Shown here: in pieces, positions 10,006-21,010 of the stretch
How positions within the stretch are numbered: position 1 is the first letter of the stretch
How the letters are laid out: every line of letters starts with the position of its first letter
Assembly (NCBI GenBank): GCA_049975265.1
Contig: JBNGDF010000004.1
Location: 1-63,771, forward strand
Direction of reading: 5' to 3'
Source: Fidelibacterota bacterium
GTDB taxonomy: Bacteria; Fidelibacterota; UBA2242
DNA: 63,771 nt
Position numbers and translations under genes: made by a program
Notes under the pieces: model-generated
What the model saw: only the letters and a program-made list of their open reading frames with translations
Database searches by the model: none
Told to the model about the DNA's origin: nothing

Positions 10006-10992
10006 TTATAGATCGTAAGCGGCAAATATTTCGGCGGGTGTCACCGTAGCCGTACCGACTTTACCCACCACCACACCGGAAGCCAGGTTGGCGGCTTTGG
10101 CGGCGGTGAACCAGTCGTTAGAGATGATTAATCCGGCAAGAAAGGTGGCGATGAATGTATCACCGGCACCGCTGACATCAAATACTTCGCGGGCTTTGGT
10201 GGGAATCAGCATGCTCTTTTGGGCATTATCCAGTACGAATACACCCTGTTCACCCAGGGTAATGACCAGACCGTCGAGATCAATATCGGCAACCAGGTTT
10301 TTGGCATAATGCTCGATTTCTTCGTCAGTCAAATCGGGATGACGGATGGCGTTGGCGAATTCTTTGCGGTTCGGTTTCAGAGCGGTGGCGCCGCGATATT
10401 TTGAAAAATCGTTGCTTTTCGGGTCTACAATCAGGGGTTTCTTCTGAAAGTACCGGATAAGATCGGCTGTAAATGAGAGGGTCAGCAATCCTTTGTTGTA
10501 GTCGGAGACGATTATGCCATCATAGCGATCTGAGTTATGAGAAATCCGTCGAAAAAGAGTGCCGGTTTCATCAGCGGACATGGGCTCACAGTTTTCTTCG
10601 TCGATGCGCAGGAGCTGCTGATGCTGGGCGATGATTCTGGATTTGACCGTGGTATTCCTTTGGGAGCTGGTCTCCAACAGCGGATTGATGGCTGCTTTTT
10701 GGCATAATTCAACAATCGTCGTTTCGAATCCGTCTTCGCCACAGATCCCGGCGAGTGTCACTCTGGTACCCAGGCTCGCCAGATTGGCAGCGACATTGCC
10801 GGCACCGCCCAGACGATAGTCCTTTTTTATAATTTGAATGACCGGCACCGGGGCTTCCGGTGAGATGCGATTCACGGAACCCCAGATATAGTTGTCGATG
10901 ATGAGGTCGCCAACGACAAGAATATGCAGGGATGACAGTTGCATAAACAGTGATCGCAGGTCTTCTTTTGAGATATCGGAGTAGGGTGACAT
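10006..10992 (-). CDS. rfaE1: D-glycero-beta-D-manno-heptose-7-phosphate kinase (stand-alone HldE/RfaE domain I)
   Basis: RISPEAPVPV, GGAGNVA, SDYNKG, VDPK, DVSGAGDT. Alternative start is TTG 11004. Confidence 0.92.
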   Translation of the reverse strand: MSPYSDISKEDLRSLFMQLSSLHILVVGDLIIDNYIWGSVNRISPEAPVPVIQIIKKDYRLGGAGNVAANLASLGTRVTLAGICGEDGFETTIVELCQKAAINPLLETSSQRNTTVKSRIIAQHQQLLRIDEENCEPMSADETGTLFRRISHNSDRYDGIIVSDYNKGLLTLSFTADLIRYFQKKPLIVDPKSNDFSKYRGATALKPNRKEFANAIRHPDLTDEEIEHYAKNLVADIDLDGLVITLGEQGVFVLDNAQKSMLIPTKAREVFDVSGAGDTFIATFLAGLIISNDWFTAAKAANLASGVVVGKVGTATVTPAEIFAAYDL

Positions 10993-11000
10993 GGCTGTTC

Positions 11001-11957
11001 TCAATTGATTTTGTAATAATCTTTATACCAGTCTATGAATCGTTTGATGCCTGTGGCGATATCGGTGGAGGGCTGGAAGCCGAGAATGCTGCGGGCATGT
11101 TCGATATCGGCAAAGGTTTCGGGGACGTCGCCGGGCTGCAGCGGCATATAGTTGATATTTGCCTTCTTCCCGAGATTGTTTTCAATAAGCCGAATGAAAT
11201 CCATCAGGTTTTCGCTGCGATGGTTGCCGAGATTGAAAATTTCATAATCTGAGGGTGTGTCAAGGGCAGCGATAATACCGTTGACAATATCATCAATGTA
11301 TGTAAAATCCCGGCGCATATTGCCGTTATTGTAAACGTCAATCGCCTGACCGGCGAGGATTTTCTGAGTAAAAAGAAACAGCGCCATGTCAGGTCGTCCA
11401 TAGGGACCATAGACGGTAAAGAAGCGCAATCCCGTCGTTGGCAGATGGTACAGGTGGGAATAGGTATGAGCGATCAGTTCATTGGCTTTTTTGGTTGCCG
11501 CATACAGGGAGATGGGGTGGTCCACATTATCGCTGACCGAAAAGGGCAGTTTCCGATTGTTGCCGTAGACACTGGAGCTGGAGGCGTAGACGAAATTGCG
11601 GACCTGAAAACGTTTTGCCAGCTCGATGATATTCAGAAAGCCTTCAAGATTGGATTTCTGATAGGCAAAGGGATTGGTCAGCGAGTAGCGCACCCCGGCT
11701 TGAGCCGCCAGATGACAGACCTTGTCAACCGGATGGTTTTTGAACACCTTTTCCAGAGCACTGAAGTTGCAGAGATCATCACGATAAAAGACAAAGTTGT
11801 CAAATTTTTCCAGCAGTTTCAGACGGGCTTCTTTTAAAGAGGGATCGTAATAATCGTTGACACTGTCATATCCTATGATCGTGAATCCATGGCTGAGCAG
11901 TTTGCGGGAGAGATGGAACCCTATAAATCCTGCTGCACCACTGACCAATATTGACAT
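11001..11957 (-). CDS. NAD-dependent epimerase, UDP-glucuronate 4-epimerase-like
   Basis: GAAGFIG, HLAAQAGVRYS, YAATK, LRFFTVYGPYGRPDMA, QPGDV. Confidence 0.92.
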   Translation of the reverse strand: MSILVSGAAGFIGFHLSRKLLSHGFTIIGYDSVNDYYDPSLKEARLKLLEKFDNFVFYRDDLCNFSALEKVFKNHPVDKVCHLAAQAGVRYSLTNPFAYQKSNLEGFLNIIELAKRFQVRNFVYASSSSVYGNNRKLPFSVSDNVDHPISLYAATKKANELIAHTYSHLYHLPTTGLRFFTVYGPYGRPDMALFLFTQKILAGQAIDVYNNGNMRRDFTYIDDIVNGIIAALDTPSDYEIFNLGNHRSENLMDFIRLIENNLGKKANINYMPLQPGDVPETFADIEHARSILGFQPSTDIATGIKRFIDWYKDYYKIN

Positions 11958-12159
11958 AATAAATCCCGATAAAATTGAAACTCGTGCTAAACTTATGCAA
12001 TTCCGCTGGGAAATAAAAAGCTGTTTTCACTTTAAATTTTTTATTGAATTCTAAAAAAAATGTATTAACTTTCGAGGCTTTTTCAATTTTCGAGTTCACC
12101 GCGGATATTTGGATGGTAGTGGGAGTCTGAGACAGAAATGTTATTCCCGGACAATTGAT

Positions 12160-12232
12160 GCCACCATAGCTCAGCTGGTAGAGCGGCTGATTTGTAATCA
12201 GCGGGTCGCGGGTTCGATCCCTGCTGGTGGCT
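12160..12232 (+). tRNA. tRNA-Thr(TGT)
   Basis: Acceptor stem GCCACCA/TGGTGGC. Anticodon arm GCTGA-TTTGTAA-TCAGC. GGTTCGATCC T-arm. CCA not encoded. Confidence 0.96.
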
Positions 12233-12388
12233 CAACGAATTGAAGGCGGTTTTTGAAATGGAGATTTGACGATTACCAATGCCCCGGGGAAAAGGGTTTA
12301 TTTTGGGAGAGAGTATCTGCTTTCGCTAGGTCAAATGGGATTTTTCCTTTTTCTGTACAATATTAATAAATCTACATAAAAATATGAC

Positions 12389-12472
12389 GGGTCGGTGGCC
12401 GAGTGGTTAATGGCAGCAGACTGTAAATCTGCCGGCGCAATGCCTACGGTGGTTCGAATCCATCCCGGCCCA
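12389..12472 (+). tRNA. tRNA-Tyr(GTA)
   Basis: Acceptor GGGTCGG/CCGGCCC. Anticodon arm GCAGA-CTGTAAA-TCTGC. Long variable arm. GGTTCGAATCC. Confidence 0.96.
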
Positions 12473-12481
12473 CATCTGCTT

Positions 12482-12552
12482 GCGGGTGTAGCTTAGTGGT
12501 AAAGCTCCGGCCTTCCAAGCCGGTGACGAGGGTTCGATCCCCTTCACCCGCT
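12482..12552 (+). tRNA. tRNA-Gly(TCC)
   Basis: Acceptor GCGGGTG/CACCCGC. Anticodon arm CCGGC-CTTCCAA-GCCGG. GGTTCGATCC. Confidence 0.96.
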
Positions 12553-12653
12553 CACGTCTGGCACCGGTTGGTAACAGTCCATTCTGCCGGAAAACAGAGC
12601 ATCCCAAGTTCGGTAAAGTTCCCCGGTCAGATATGGGAGAATTTTTGAAAGAC

Positions 12654-12726
<73 letters not shown>

Positions 12727-12789
12727 CATAACCGGTAATCGTTGAATCATTGACATATTTAAATGGAATAAAAACTAAAGGAGAGGCCA

Positions 12790-13980
12790 ATGTCAAAGGA
12801 ACAATTTAAGCGTACGAAGCCCCATGTGAATGTTGGTACGATTGGACATGTGGATCATGGGAAGACGACATTAACTGCGGCGATGACACTGATATTGAAT
12901 GCACAGGGATTGGCGCAGGCGCGGACATTTGACAGTATTGACAATGCTCCGGAGGAGCGTGAGCGAGGGATCACGATCAACACGGCGCATGTGGAATATG
13001 AATCGAAGAAGCGACATTATGCGCATGTGGACTGTCCGGGTCATGCGGATTACATCAAGAACATGATCACGGGTGCGGCACAGATGGATGGAGCGATATT
13101 GGTGGTGAGTGCATTTGACGGACCGATGCCGCAGACGCGGGAGCATGTATTATTGGCTCGTCAGGTGAACGTACCGTCGATAGTTGTTTTTTTGAACAAG
13201 ACTGATATGGTAGATGATCCGGAGTTATTGGAGTTGGTAGAGATGGAGTTGCGGGATTTGCTGAGCAGTTACAACTATCCTGGTGATGAGATTCCGATCA
13301 TCAAGGGCAGTGCTCTGGAGGCGTTGAATCACCCGGATGATCCGGAGAAGACGAAATGTATCAGTGAATTGATTGATGCGATTGATGATTATATCCCGAC
13401 GCCGGAGCGTGATATTGACAAGCCGTTTTTAATGCCGATAGAGGATGTCTTTTCGATCACGGGTCGGGGGACGGTTGGAACGGGTCGGATAGAGCGCGGC
13501 GTGATCAAGGTTGGCGAAGAGGTAGAGTTGATAGGAATGGGTGGTCACAAGAAGACGGTGGTGACCGGAGTAGAGATGTTTCGGAAGATACTGGATCGCG
13601 GTGAAGCGGGAGACAATGCGGGTCTGCTGTTGCGAGGTATTGACAAGGAATGGCTGCAGCGCGGGATGGTCGCGGCGAAGCCGGGCAGCATCACTCCGCA
13701 TACGAAGTTCAAGGGTGAAGTATACGTATTGAAGAAGGAAGAGGGTGGACGACACACGCCGTTTTTCAAGGGTTATCGTCCGCAGTTTTACTTTCGGACG
13801 ACGGACGTGACGGGTGTTGTGGAATTGCCGGAAGGCGTCGATATGGTGATGCCGGGAGACAAGGTCACGTTAACGGTGGAGTTGATCACGCCGATAGCGA
13901 TGGAGAAGGAGTTGCGTTTTGCGATTCGTGAAGGTGGTCGTACGGTCGGTGCCGGCGTCGTAACGGAAATCTTGGAGTAA
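12790..13980 (+). CDS. tuf: Elongation factor Tu (copy 1)
   Basis: [23 protein letters not shown] motifs; 396 aa. Confidence 0.99.
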   Translation: MSKEQFKRTKPHVNVGTIGHVDHGKTTLTAAMTLILNAQGLAQARTFDSIDNAPEERERGITINTAHVEYESKKRHYAHVDCPGHADYIKNMITGAAQMDGAILVVSAFDGPMPQTREHVLLARQVNVPSIVVFLNKTDMVDDPELLELVEMELRDLLSSYNYPGDEIPIIKGSALEALNHPDDPEKTKCISELIDAIDDYIPTPERDIDKPFLMPIEDVFSITGRGTVGTGRIERGVIKVGEEVELIGMGGHKKTVVTGVEMFRKILDRGEAGDNAGLLLRGIDKEWLQRGMVAAKPGSITPHTKFKGEVYVLKKEEGGRHTPFFKGYRPQFYFRTTDVTGVVELPEGVDMVMPGDKVTLTVELITPIAMEKELRFAIREGGRTVGAGVVTEILE

Positions 13981-13990
13981 GGAATAGCCC

Positions 13991-14140
13991 ATGCGAGACA
14001 TTATCATTCTGGAATGTACGGAATGCAAGCGTCGGAATTATACGATGGATAAGAATAAGAAACTCCATCCGGCGCGCGTTGAGTACAAGAAATACTGTCG
14101 CTGGTGTAAGAAACACACGATACACAAGGAAACCCGATAA
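13991..14140 (+). CDS. rpmG: 50S ribosomal protein L33 (zinc-binding type)
   Basis: Translated by hand: [49 protein letters not shown], 49 aa, below the ORF-track cutoff. Confidence 0.96.
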   Translation: MRDIIILECTECKRRNYTMDKNKKLHPARVEYKKYCRWCKKHTIHKETR

Positions 14141-14150
14141 ATGCAATCAC

Positions 14151-14223
14151 AGGTGAGTAGCTCAATTGGTAGAGCACTGGTCTCCAAAACCAGGGGTTGC
14201 GGGTTCAATTCCTGCCTCACCTG
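14151..14223 (+). tRNA. tRNA-Trp(CCA)
   Basis: Acceptor AGGTGAG/CTCACCT. Anticodon arm CTGGT-CTCCAAA-ACCAG. Conserved position before secE. Confidence 0.96.
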
Positions 14224-14279
14224 CAAAGACTTTCGGCGCAAACAGACATTGGGAGCCAATCAAAACAGGGGAAGTGGAC

Positions 14280-14462
14280 ATGTTTAAAAAGATCGGAGAT
14301 TTTTTTAATGGTGTGGTTTTTGAAATGAAGAAGGTCTCATGGCCCTCCTGGCCGGAGTTGAAGGGCTCCACCATTGTCGTATTGGTTTTGTCCCTGATCC
14401 TGTCTTTGTTTTTATTTGTTATTGACGTGGTTTTAACAAAACTCATAAACGTAATACTATAA
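14280..14462 (+). CDS. secE: Preprotein translocase subunit SecE
   Basis: EMKKVSWPS motif followed by one TM helix. True start is ATG 14280; the ORF-track start lies inside tRNA-Trp. Confidence 0.95.
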   Translation: MFKKIGDFFNGVVFEMKKVSWPSWPELKGSTIVVLVLSLILSLFLFVIDVVLTKLINVIL

Positions 14463-14470
14463 GAGTATTC

Positions 14471-14998
14471 ATGAACTGGTATGTATTAAAGTGCTACTCG
14501 GGTAAAGAGAAAAAGGTACGGGAAGCGATTCTTCTGGAAGCGGAGCGCGCCGGGATGAAAGACACGATTCCCGAGGTTCTGGTGCCGTCGGAAAATATTA
14601 TGGAGATGCGCGAAGGGAAAAAACGGGTTCGCAACAAGGTATTTTTCCCAGGGTATGTTCTGGTGAAAATGGAGGTCACCAAAGAATCTCAGTTTTTGGT
14701 GGAAAATATTCCCGGCGTAATGTCATTTGTGGGTGCCAAAGGAAATCCACTGCCACTCAAACCCGAAGAGATCAAGCGGGTCATGGGCGAGGTTGAAAAG
14801 AAAGACGGTCGCGAGGTTATGGCCACCCCTTTTAAAATGGGAGACCCGGTCAAGGTAGTCGATGGACCGTTTATCGATTTTCGCGGAGTGGTGCAGGAAG
14901 TCAACGAAGATAAACAGAAATTAAAAGTAATGGTAAGCATTTTTGGACGTCCGACACCGGTAGAATTAGATTTCTTGCAGGTAGAATCAGAGAAGTAG
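14471..14998 (+). CDS. nusG: Transcription termination/antitermination factor NusG
   Basis: [26 protein letters not shown]. Confidence 0.98.
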   Translation: MNWYVLKCYSGKEKKVREAILLEAERAGMKDTIPEVLVPSENIMEMREGKKRVRNKVFFPGYVLVKMEVTKESQFLVENIPGVMSFVGAKGNPLPLKPEEIKRVMGEVEKKDGREVMATPFKMGDPVKVVDGPFIDFRGVVQEVNEDKQKLKVMVSIFGRPTPVELDFLQVESEK

Positions 14999-15006
14999 GA
15001 GAAAAA

Positions 15007-15432
15007 ATGGCAAAGAAGGTTGTTGGTATAATCAAACTGCAAATTGAGGCTGGAAAAGCCAATCCATCTCCGCCCGTAGGTCCGGCTCTGGGTCAGCACA
15101 GTGTCAATATTGTGGAATTTTGTAAAGCGTTTAACGCCCGAACCCAGGATAAAATGGGATTAATTATTCCGGTCGTAATCACCGTATACGCCGATCGTTC
15201 CTTTTCGTTTATTACCAAGACGCCGCCGGCGGCAGTGTTGATTAAAAAAGCGGCAAAATTACCAAAGGGTTCCGGCGAACCAAACAAGAGTAAAGTCGGT
15301 TCTATTACCCTGAATCAGGTCCGCGAAATTGCCGAATTGAAAATGCCCGATTTGAATGCACATACGGTTGAAAGTGCGATGGAGATGATAAAAGGAACTG
15401 CCCGGAGTATGGGTATATTGATCAAAGAATAG
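15007..15432 (+). CDS. rplK: 50S ribosomal protein L11
   Basis: [22 protein letters not shown]. Confidence 0.98.
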   Translation: MAKKVVGIIKLQIEAGKANPSPPVGPALGQHSVNIVEFCKAFNARTQDKMGLIIPVVITVYADRSFSFITKTPPAAVLIKKAAKLPKGSGEPNKSKVGSITLNQVREIAELKMPDLNAHTVESAMEMIKGTARSMGILIKE

Positions 15433-15445
15433 AGGATTCAGATCT

Positions 15446-16135
15446 ATGAAAGTCTCGAAAAGAGTAACCAATAACAATAAACAGGTTGACCGAAACAGAG
15501 ATTATACACTGGGAGAAGCCATTGAGCTGTTAAAGTCTCTCGAGGGGACAAAATTTGACGAGACCTTCGAGGCACATGTAAACCTGGGCGTCGATCCACG
15601 ACATGCCGACCAAAATATTCGCGGCACGGTATCCTATCCCCATGGAACCGGTCGCCAGGTTCGTGTACTTGTATTGACCAAGTCCAAGGCTGATGAAGCC
15701 AAAGAAGCCGGTGCCGATTACGTCGGGCTGGAGGAATATGTGGAAAAAATTGAGAAGGGTTGGGCAGATGTGGATGTCATCATCGCCACCCCTGATGTGA
15801 TGGGGCAGGTTGGAAAACTGGGTCGCATTCTGGGACCAAAGGGCTTGATGCCCAATCCGAAATCCGGCACGGTTACCATGGACGTAGGCGCCGCGGTTAA
15901 AGAGATTAAAGCCGGACGGATTGAAATCCGGGTGGATAAGAACGGTATTATTCATACCCCGGTGGGAAAAAAATCTTTTCCCAAGGAGAATTTAGTGGAC
16001 AATGTAAAAACATTGATCGCTACCCTGATGCGGATGCGCCCGGCAGCCACCAAGGGCGTCTATTTGAAAAAGTTGACCCTGACTACGACAATGGGACCGG
16101 GCGTTCGTGTTGATAAATCGACGATAACGCAATAG
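15446..16135 (+). CDS. rplA: 50S ribosomal protein L1
   Basis: [31 protein letters not shown]. Confidence 0.98.
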   Translation: MKVSKRVTNNNKQVDRNRDYTLGEAIELLKSLEGTKFDETFEAHVNLGVDPRHADQNIRGTVSYPHGTGRQVRVLVLTKSKADEAKEAGADYVGLEEYVEKIEKGWADVDVIIATPDVMGQVGKLGRILGPKGLMPNPKSGTVTMDVGAAVKEIKAGRIEIRVDKNGIIHTPVGKKSFPKENLVDNVKTLIATLMRMRPAATKGVYLKKLTLTTTMGPGVRVDKSTITQ

Positions 16136-16155
16136 AAACGGGTTGAGGAGATCGC

Positions 16156-16674
16156 ATGCCGAACAAGAAAAATCTGAAAATTGTCGAAGAGGTTACCGAC
16201 AAATTTGCCAATGCCAAGAGTATCTTTTTCACGAATTACAAAGGATTGAATGTCGAGCAGATGAACACTCTCCGGGGTGAATTGCACTCTGCCAATATTG
16301 ATTATAAGGTCGCGAAAAAGACGCTTTCCCGCATTGCCGCAAAAAATGCCGGATTTGAGTCCATTGACCAGTTGATTGACGGGCAGATGGGTATCGCCTT
16401 CGGGTATGATGATCCGGTTTCGCCCGGGAAAATTATTGCTGAGTTCATTAAGAAGAATAAACTTGAAAATCTGAATATCACCGGCTGTATCTTTGAAAAA
16501 GAGATATACACTGCCGATAAAATCGACGCTATCATCAATTTGCCGACGCGGGCGGATCTGCTGGCGATGCTGCTGGGCACTCTGTCGGCGCCGATGAGCC
16601 AACTGGTGGGAACACTGCGCGGTTCGATGAGTCATCTGGTGGGCGTTTTGAGGTCGTTGAGAGACAAGAAATAA
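16156..16674 (+). CDS. rplJ: 50S ribosomal protein L10
   Basis: YKGLNVEQM..LR, LPTRADLLAMLLG; gene order. Confidence 0.96.
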   Translation: MPNKKNLKIVEEVTDKFANAKSIFFTNYKGLNVEQMNTLRGELHSANIDYKVAKKTLSRIAAKNAGFESIDQLIDGQMGIAFGYDDPVSPGKIIAEFIKKNKLENLNITGCIFEKEIYTADKIDAIINLPTRADLLAMLLGTLSAPMSQLVGTLRGSMSHLVGVLRSLRDKK

Positions 16675-16709
16675 GAAAATAGTTTGCAGTAAAAGGAGGA
16701 AACGTAGAC

Positions 16710-17090
16710 ATGGCAGACATAACAAGAGCAGATGTTCTTGCATACCTGGAAAAAGCCACGATGCTGGAGATTTCTGAACTGATCAAAGAGATCGAAGAGA
16801 AGTTTGATGTAAAAGCCGCTGCACCGGTTGCAGTCGCTGCCGCTGCTCCTGCCGCTGAAGCAGCGGAAGAAGAAGAAAAGACCGAATTTGATGTCATTCT
16901 GAAAGAGGTGGGAGCGCAGAAAATCAACGTCATCAAAGTCGTCAGAGCCGCCACCAGTCTGGGTTTGAAAGAGGCCAAAGACCTCGTTGACGGTGCACCG
17001 AATCCGGTTAAAGAAGGCATCTCGAAAGAGGAAGCGGAAGAATTAAAGAAACAGTTAGAAGAAGCCGGCGCCACCGTCGAGGTTAAATAG
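16710..17090 (+). CDS. rplL: 50S ribosomal protein L7/L12
   Basis: Ala-rich hinge, [20 protein letters not shown]. Confidence 0.98.
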   Translation: MADITRADVLAYLEKATMLEISELIKEIEEKFDVKAAAPVAVAAAAPAAEAAEEEEKTEFDVILKEVGAQKINVIKVVRAATSLGLKEAKDLVDGAPNPVKEGISKEEAEELKKQLEEAGATVEVK

Positions 17091-17144
17091 TTTGCTGGGT
17101 TCTTTTCGTTGTCTGAATGAGGAAGCCTCAGCCAACTAAAATAC

Positions 17145-17173
17145 ATATCCCCATCTTTGTGTGGGGATATTTA
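17145..17173 (+). terminator. Hairpin (weak terminator or attenuator) between rplL and rpoB
   Basis: ATATCCCCA-N8-TGGGGATAT 9-bp stem followed by only a short T run. Confidence 0.5.
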
Positions 17174-17195
17174 AACCTGAAAAGGAGGGATACTC

Positions 17196-20100
17196 TTGAG
17201 TAACACTCCAGTGAAAACCACTCAACGAATAACCTTTTCAAAAATAGCTTCGGTCCAGGATATGCCAAATCTTTTGGCAATCCAGTTGGATTCCTTTGAG
17301 GAATTTTTGCAGAAAGATGTAGCCCCGGAACAGCGTGAGAACAAAGGGCTCGAATCGGCTTTCCGTAATATCTTTCCGGTAGAGGATTCCCACGGGAATT
17401 ACATCCTCGAGTACAAGTACTATACCATCGGTGAACCCCGTTATTCTATCAAGGAGTGCCTGGAACGGGGGGTCAGCTATACCGTGCCGCTCAAGGTGCG
17501 CCTCGTGCTGCACATCAGCGAAGAGGGCGGCGAAAAAGGGGATTATTCTGCCGGTATCGAGCAGGATATCTTTTTCGGGAATGTTCCCTACATGACCAAT
17601 AAGGGTACCTTTATTATTAACGGAGCTGAACGGGTTATCGTCAGTCAGCTGCAACGCTCACCCGGTGTCTTTTTCGACGAGGGGGAACACACCAACGGTA
17701 TGAAAATCTATACCGCCCGGGTCATTCCCTTCAGGGGCTCGTGGGTCGATTTCGTGATTGATACGCGCGATGTTCTTAATGCCATTATTGACCGACGGCG
17801 AAAATTTCCGGCGACGATATTACTCCGAGCGTTTGGATTCCCAAATAACGAAGATATCCTGAGATTGTTTGAGGTCGGTGAACGGTTCAATATCAAGGCG
17901 AATCCCAGAGAAGCGCTGGGAAAGGTATTGGCAGAGAGCATCGTCGATCCGGAAACCGGTGAAGTATTACTCGAGATTAAAGATATCCAGGAAATTGACA
18001 AGGATATCCTGAAACTCTGTAAAGACCATAATATTGACTCGCTGCTGGTTTTCACCACACCAGATGACATCATCAAATCAATTTTTATCAATACATTCCG
18101 GAAAGACACCCAGACTTATGATGAGGAATCAGCCCTGCTGTTTTTGTATCGCAGTCTGCGAACCGGTGAGCCGCCAAATATTGAAACAGCGAAAAAATTT
18201 GTCGAGCGACTCTTTTTCAGTCCGAAAAAATATGATCTCGGACAGGTCGGACGGTACCGCATCAATAAGAAATTCAATCTGAAAGTGCCGCTTGAGAACA
18301 CGGTTCTGACCCGGGATGACATTATTGAGATCATGAAGCACATCATTGAGATGCGAATCGGCAATCTCGGACCTGACGATATCGATCATCTGGGAAACCG
18401 GAGAGTGCGCACAACGGGTGAGCAGCTGACCAACCAGTTCAATTTAGCCTTTACTAGGATGGCCCGAACGATCAAGGAGCGGATGAATTTGCGGGAATCC
18501 GAGAACCTGACGCCGCAAGACCTGATTAACTCGCGGATTGTGACCTCGGTTGTCAATTCGTTTTTCGGTACCAGCCAGCTGTCGCAGTTCATGGATCAGA
18601 CCAATCCGCTGGCGGAGGTTACTCACAAACGGCGGGTTTCAGCCCTGGGTCCCGGTGGATTAACCCGTGAACGAGCCGGTTTTGAGGTGCGTGACGTCCA
18701 CTATACACATTACGGGCGGTTATGTCCGATTGAAACCCCCGAAGGTCCCAATATCGGACTCATTTCTTCGTTGTCCACCTATGCCTTTGTCAACCATTTG
18801 GGATTCATCGAAACGCCCTATCGAATTGTCGAAAAAAAGGGTGATGAGATGGTCGTCACCTCCAAGGTCGACTATCTTTCCGCTGATGACGAAGACCGGG
18901 CATTAATTGCCCAAGCCAATGCGCCGCTGGACGATAATAATCGCTTCGAACGTACCCGTGTGCGGGCAAGAATTCGGGGTGAATTTCCCATGGTGGAGCC
19001 TTCCGAGCTCAAGTACATGGATGTATCACCCAATCAGATCGTGTCGGTATCCGCCGCCTTGATTCCCTTTTTGGAGCATGACGATGCGAACCGGGCGCTG
19101 ATGGGCTCCAATATGCAGCGTCAGTCGGTGCCGTTGTTGAAACCGGAACGACCCATCGTTGGGACCGGCTTGGAAAATGTGGTTGCCAGGGATTCCCGAA
19201 CCACGATTGTATCACCAATTGACGGTATCGTAGAAGAGGTTTGTGCGGATTATGTGATAATTGCTTCGGAGAAACAGGAAGAATTGGTGCTGGATGAAAG
19301 CATCAACAGGATCAAAATCGAGTTTGCAAAGTTCCAGCGGACCAATCAGGATACCTCAATAAATCAGATACCGTTGGTTCGTAAGGGAGATAGGGTGAAA
19401 AAGGGCGATCTGGTCGCCGATGGTTGCGCCTCGGATCAGGGCGAACTGGCATTGGGACGCAATGTCCTGGTGGCATTCATGCCCTGGCGGGGGTACAACT
19501 TTGAGGATGCGATTGTACTTAGCGACCGCCTGGTGCGTGACGATGTCTTTACATCGGTTCATATCAAGGAGTTTGAGCTGGAGGTGCGGGATACCAAGCG
19601 CGGTAATGAGGAGTTGACGCGTGAGATTCCGAATGTCAGCGAAGATGCCACGAAAGACCTGAATGCCAACGGTATCATTCGGATCGGCGCGGAAGTGGAA
19701 CCCAATGATATTCTGATTGGAAAAGTAACCCCCAAAGGTGAAACCGATCCCACACCGGAAGAGAAGCTCCTGAGAGCGATATTCGGTGAAAAAGCCAGCG
19801 ATGTCAAAGACGCATCCAAGCGGGCCGACTCCGGCATAAAAGGTGTCGCTGTGGATACCAAGTTGTTTCAGCGCAAAGGCAAAACCAGCCGAACTGAGGA
19901 AAAACGACGTATTGAGGAAGAGACCAATCGCTGTATCCAGAAACATCAGCAGTTGCGCGAACGCCGCAACGCACTCCTGATGAAGCTTCTCAGCGGTCAT
20001 ACCGCCAATTCCATTAAGGATATTCTCGGAACGACCACCGTTGTTCGAGCCGGTACAAAATTTTCCGCAAAACTCTTTGAGACACTTGACTTCGACAATC

Positions 20101-20978
20101 TCAGTGTTGAAGAAGACTGGGTAAAAGATGAGAAAATCAACCGGAAAATTCGTCAGATATACAAGGATTATTCCAACCTTTCGCAGCAGATTGACGAGGA
20201 GTTGGAACGCGAAAGCTATAAGATCAAAGTCGGTGATGATCTTCAACCCGGTGTGTTACAGCTTGCGAAAGTATATGTTGCCAATAAGCGCAAAGTTCAG
20301 GTTGGTGACAAGATGGCCGGACGGCATGGAAACAAGGGGGTTGTCTCCATTATTGTGCCCCAGGAGGATATGCCTTTTCTTGAAGACGGCACACCGGTTG
20401 ACATTGTCCTGAATCCGCTGGGGGTGCCGTCCCGTATGAATCTCGGTCAGCTGTATGAAACCATGTTGGGCTGGGCTGGTAAGAGACTCGGTTGTTATTA
20501 TGAAACTCCGGTATTTAACGGCGCCGCCCATGAAGAGGTAGTTGCTGAAATGCACAAAGCCGGTTTGCCGGAGACGGGGAAAACCACACTTTATGACGGT
20601 ATGACCGGTGAACCTTTTGACGATCCGGTAACGGTTGGGTATATCTACATGATGAAGCTGTCCCACCTGGTGGAAGATAAAATGCACGCCCGCTCTACAG
20701 GACCTTACTCGCTGGTTACTCAGCAGCCGCTTGGTGGAAAGGCTCAGTTTGGCGGTCAGCGTTTTGGCGAGATGGAGGTCTGGGCGCTGGAAGCGTACGG
20801 AGCAGCCTATACATTGCAGGAGATTCTGACCATCAAGTCCGATGATGTCGAAGGGCGCTCAAAAGTATACAACGCCATAGTCAAAGGTGAAAACTTCTCT
20901 GAATTTGGCGTACCCGAATCGTTCAACGTGCTGCTGAAAGAGCTGCAAGGTCTTTGTATTGAAATGGACATAAATTAG
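17196..20978 (+). CDS. rpoB: RNA polymerase beta subunit
   Basis: TTG start after AGGAGG. SQLSQFMDQTNPL, GDKMAGRHGNKG, GGQRFGEME. Confidence 0.99.
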   Translation: MSNTPVKTTQRITFSKIASVQDMPNLLAIQLDSFEEFLQKDVAPEQRENKGLESAFRNIFPVEDSHGNYILEYKYYTIGEPRYSIKECLERGVSYTVPLKVRLVLHISEEGGEKGDYSAGIEQDIFFGNVPYMTNKGTFIINGAERVIVSQLQRSPGVFFDEGEHTNGMKIYTARVIPFRGSWVDFVIDTRDVLNAIIDRRRKFPATILLRAFGFPNNEDILRLFEVGERFNIKANPREALGKVLAESIVDPETGEVLLEIKDIQEIDKDILKLCKDHNIDSLLVFTTPDDIIKSIFINTFRKDTQTYDEESALLFLYRSLRTGEPPNIETAKKFVERLFFSPKKYDLGQVGRYRINKKFNLKVPLENTVLTRDDIIEIMKHIIEMRIGNLGPDDIDHLGNRRVRTTGEQLTNQFNLAFTRMARTIKERMNLRESENLTPQDLINSRIVTSVVNSFFGTSQLSQFMDQTNPLAEVTHKRRVSALGPGGLTRERAGFEVRDVHYTHYGRLCPIETPEGPNIGLISSLSTYAFVNHLGFIETPYRIVEKKGDEMVVTSKVDYLSADDEDRALIAQANAPLDDNNRFERTRVRARIRGEFPMVEPSELKYMDVSPNQIVSVSAALIPFLEHDDANRALMGSNMQRQSVPLLKPERPIVGTGLENVVARDSRTTIVSPIDGIVEEVCADYVIIASEKQEELVLDESINRIKIEFAKFQRTNQDTSINQIPLVRKGDRVKKGDLVADGCASDQGELALGRNVLVAFMPWRGYNFEDAIVLSDRLVRDDVFTSVHIKEFELEVRDTKRGNEELTREIPNVSEDATKDLNANGIIRIGAEVEPNDILIGKVTPKGETDPTPEEKLLRAIFGEKASDVKDASKRADSGIKGVAVDTKLFQRKGKTSRTEEKRRIEEETNRCIQKHQQLRERRNALLMKLLSGHTANSIKDILGTTTVVRAGTKFSAKLFETLDFDNLSVEEDWVKDEKINRKIRQIYKDYSNLSQQIDEELERESYKIKVGDDLQPGVLQLAKVYVANKRKVQVGDKMAGRHGNKGVVSIIVPQEDMPFLEDGTPVDIVLNPLGVPSRMNLGQLYETMLGWAGKRLGCYYETPVFNGAAHEEVVAEMHKAGLPETGKTTLYDGMTGEPFDDPVTVGYIYMMKLSHLVEDKMHARSTGPYSLVTQQPLGGKAQFGGQRFGEMEVWALEAYGAAYTLQEILTIKSDDVEGRSKVYNAIVKGENFSEFGVPESFNVLLKELQGLCIEMDIN

Positions 20979-21010
20979 CCCCAAACGGGACTGGAGGTAC
21001 AGATCAACCA

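Noticed and set aside
14166..14279. N-terminal extension of SecE in the ORF track
   Set aside because: It overlaps tRNA-Trp. The real start is ATG 14280.
18560..18660. Possible rifampicin-resistance signature in rpoB (and streptomycin resistance in rpsL)
   Set aside because: The RRDR reads SQLSQFMDQTNPLAEVTHKRRVSALG and S12 keeps TTPKKPNS. Both are the usual susceptible-type residues.
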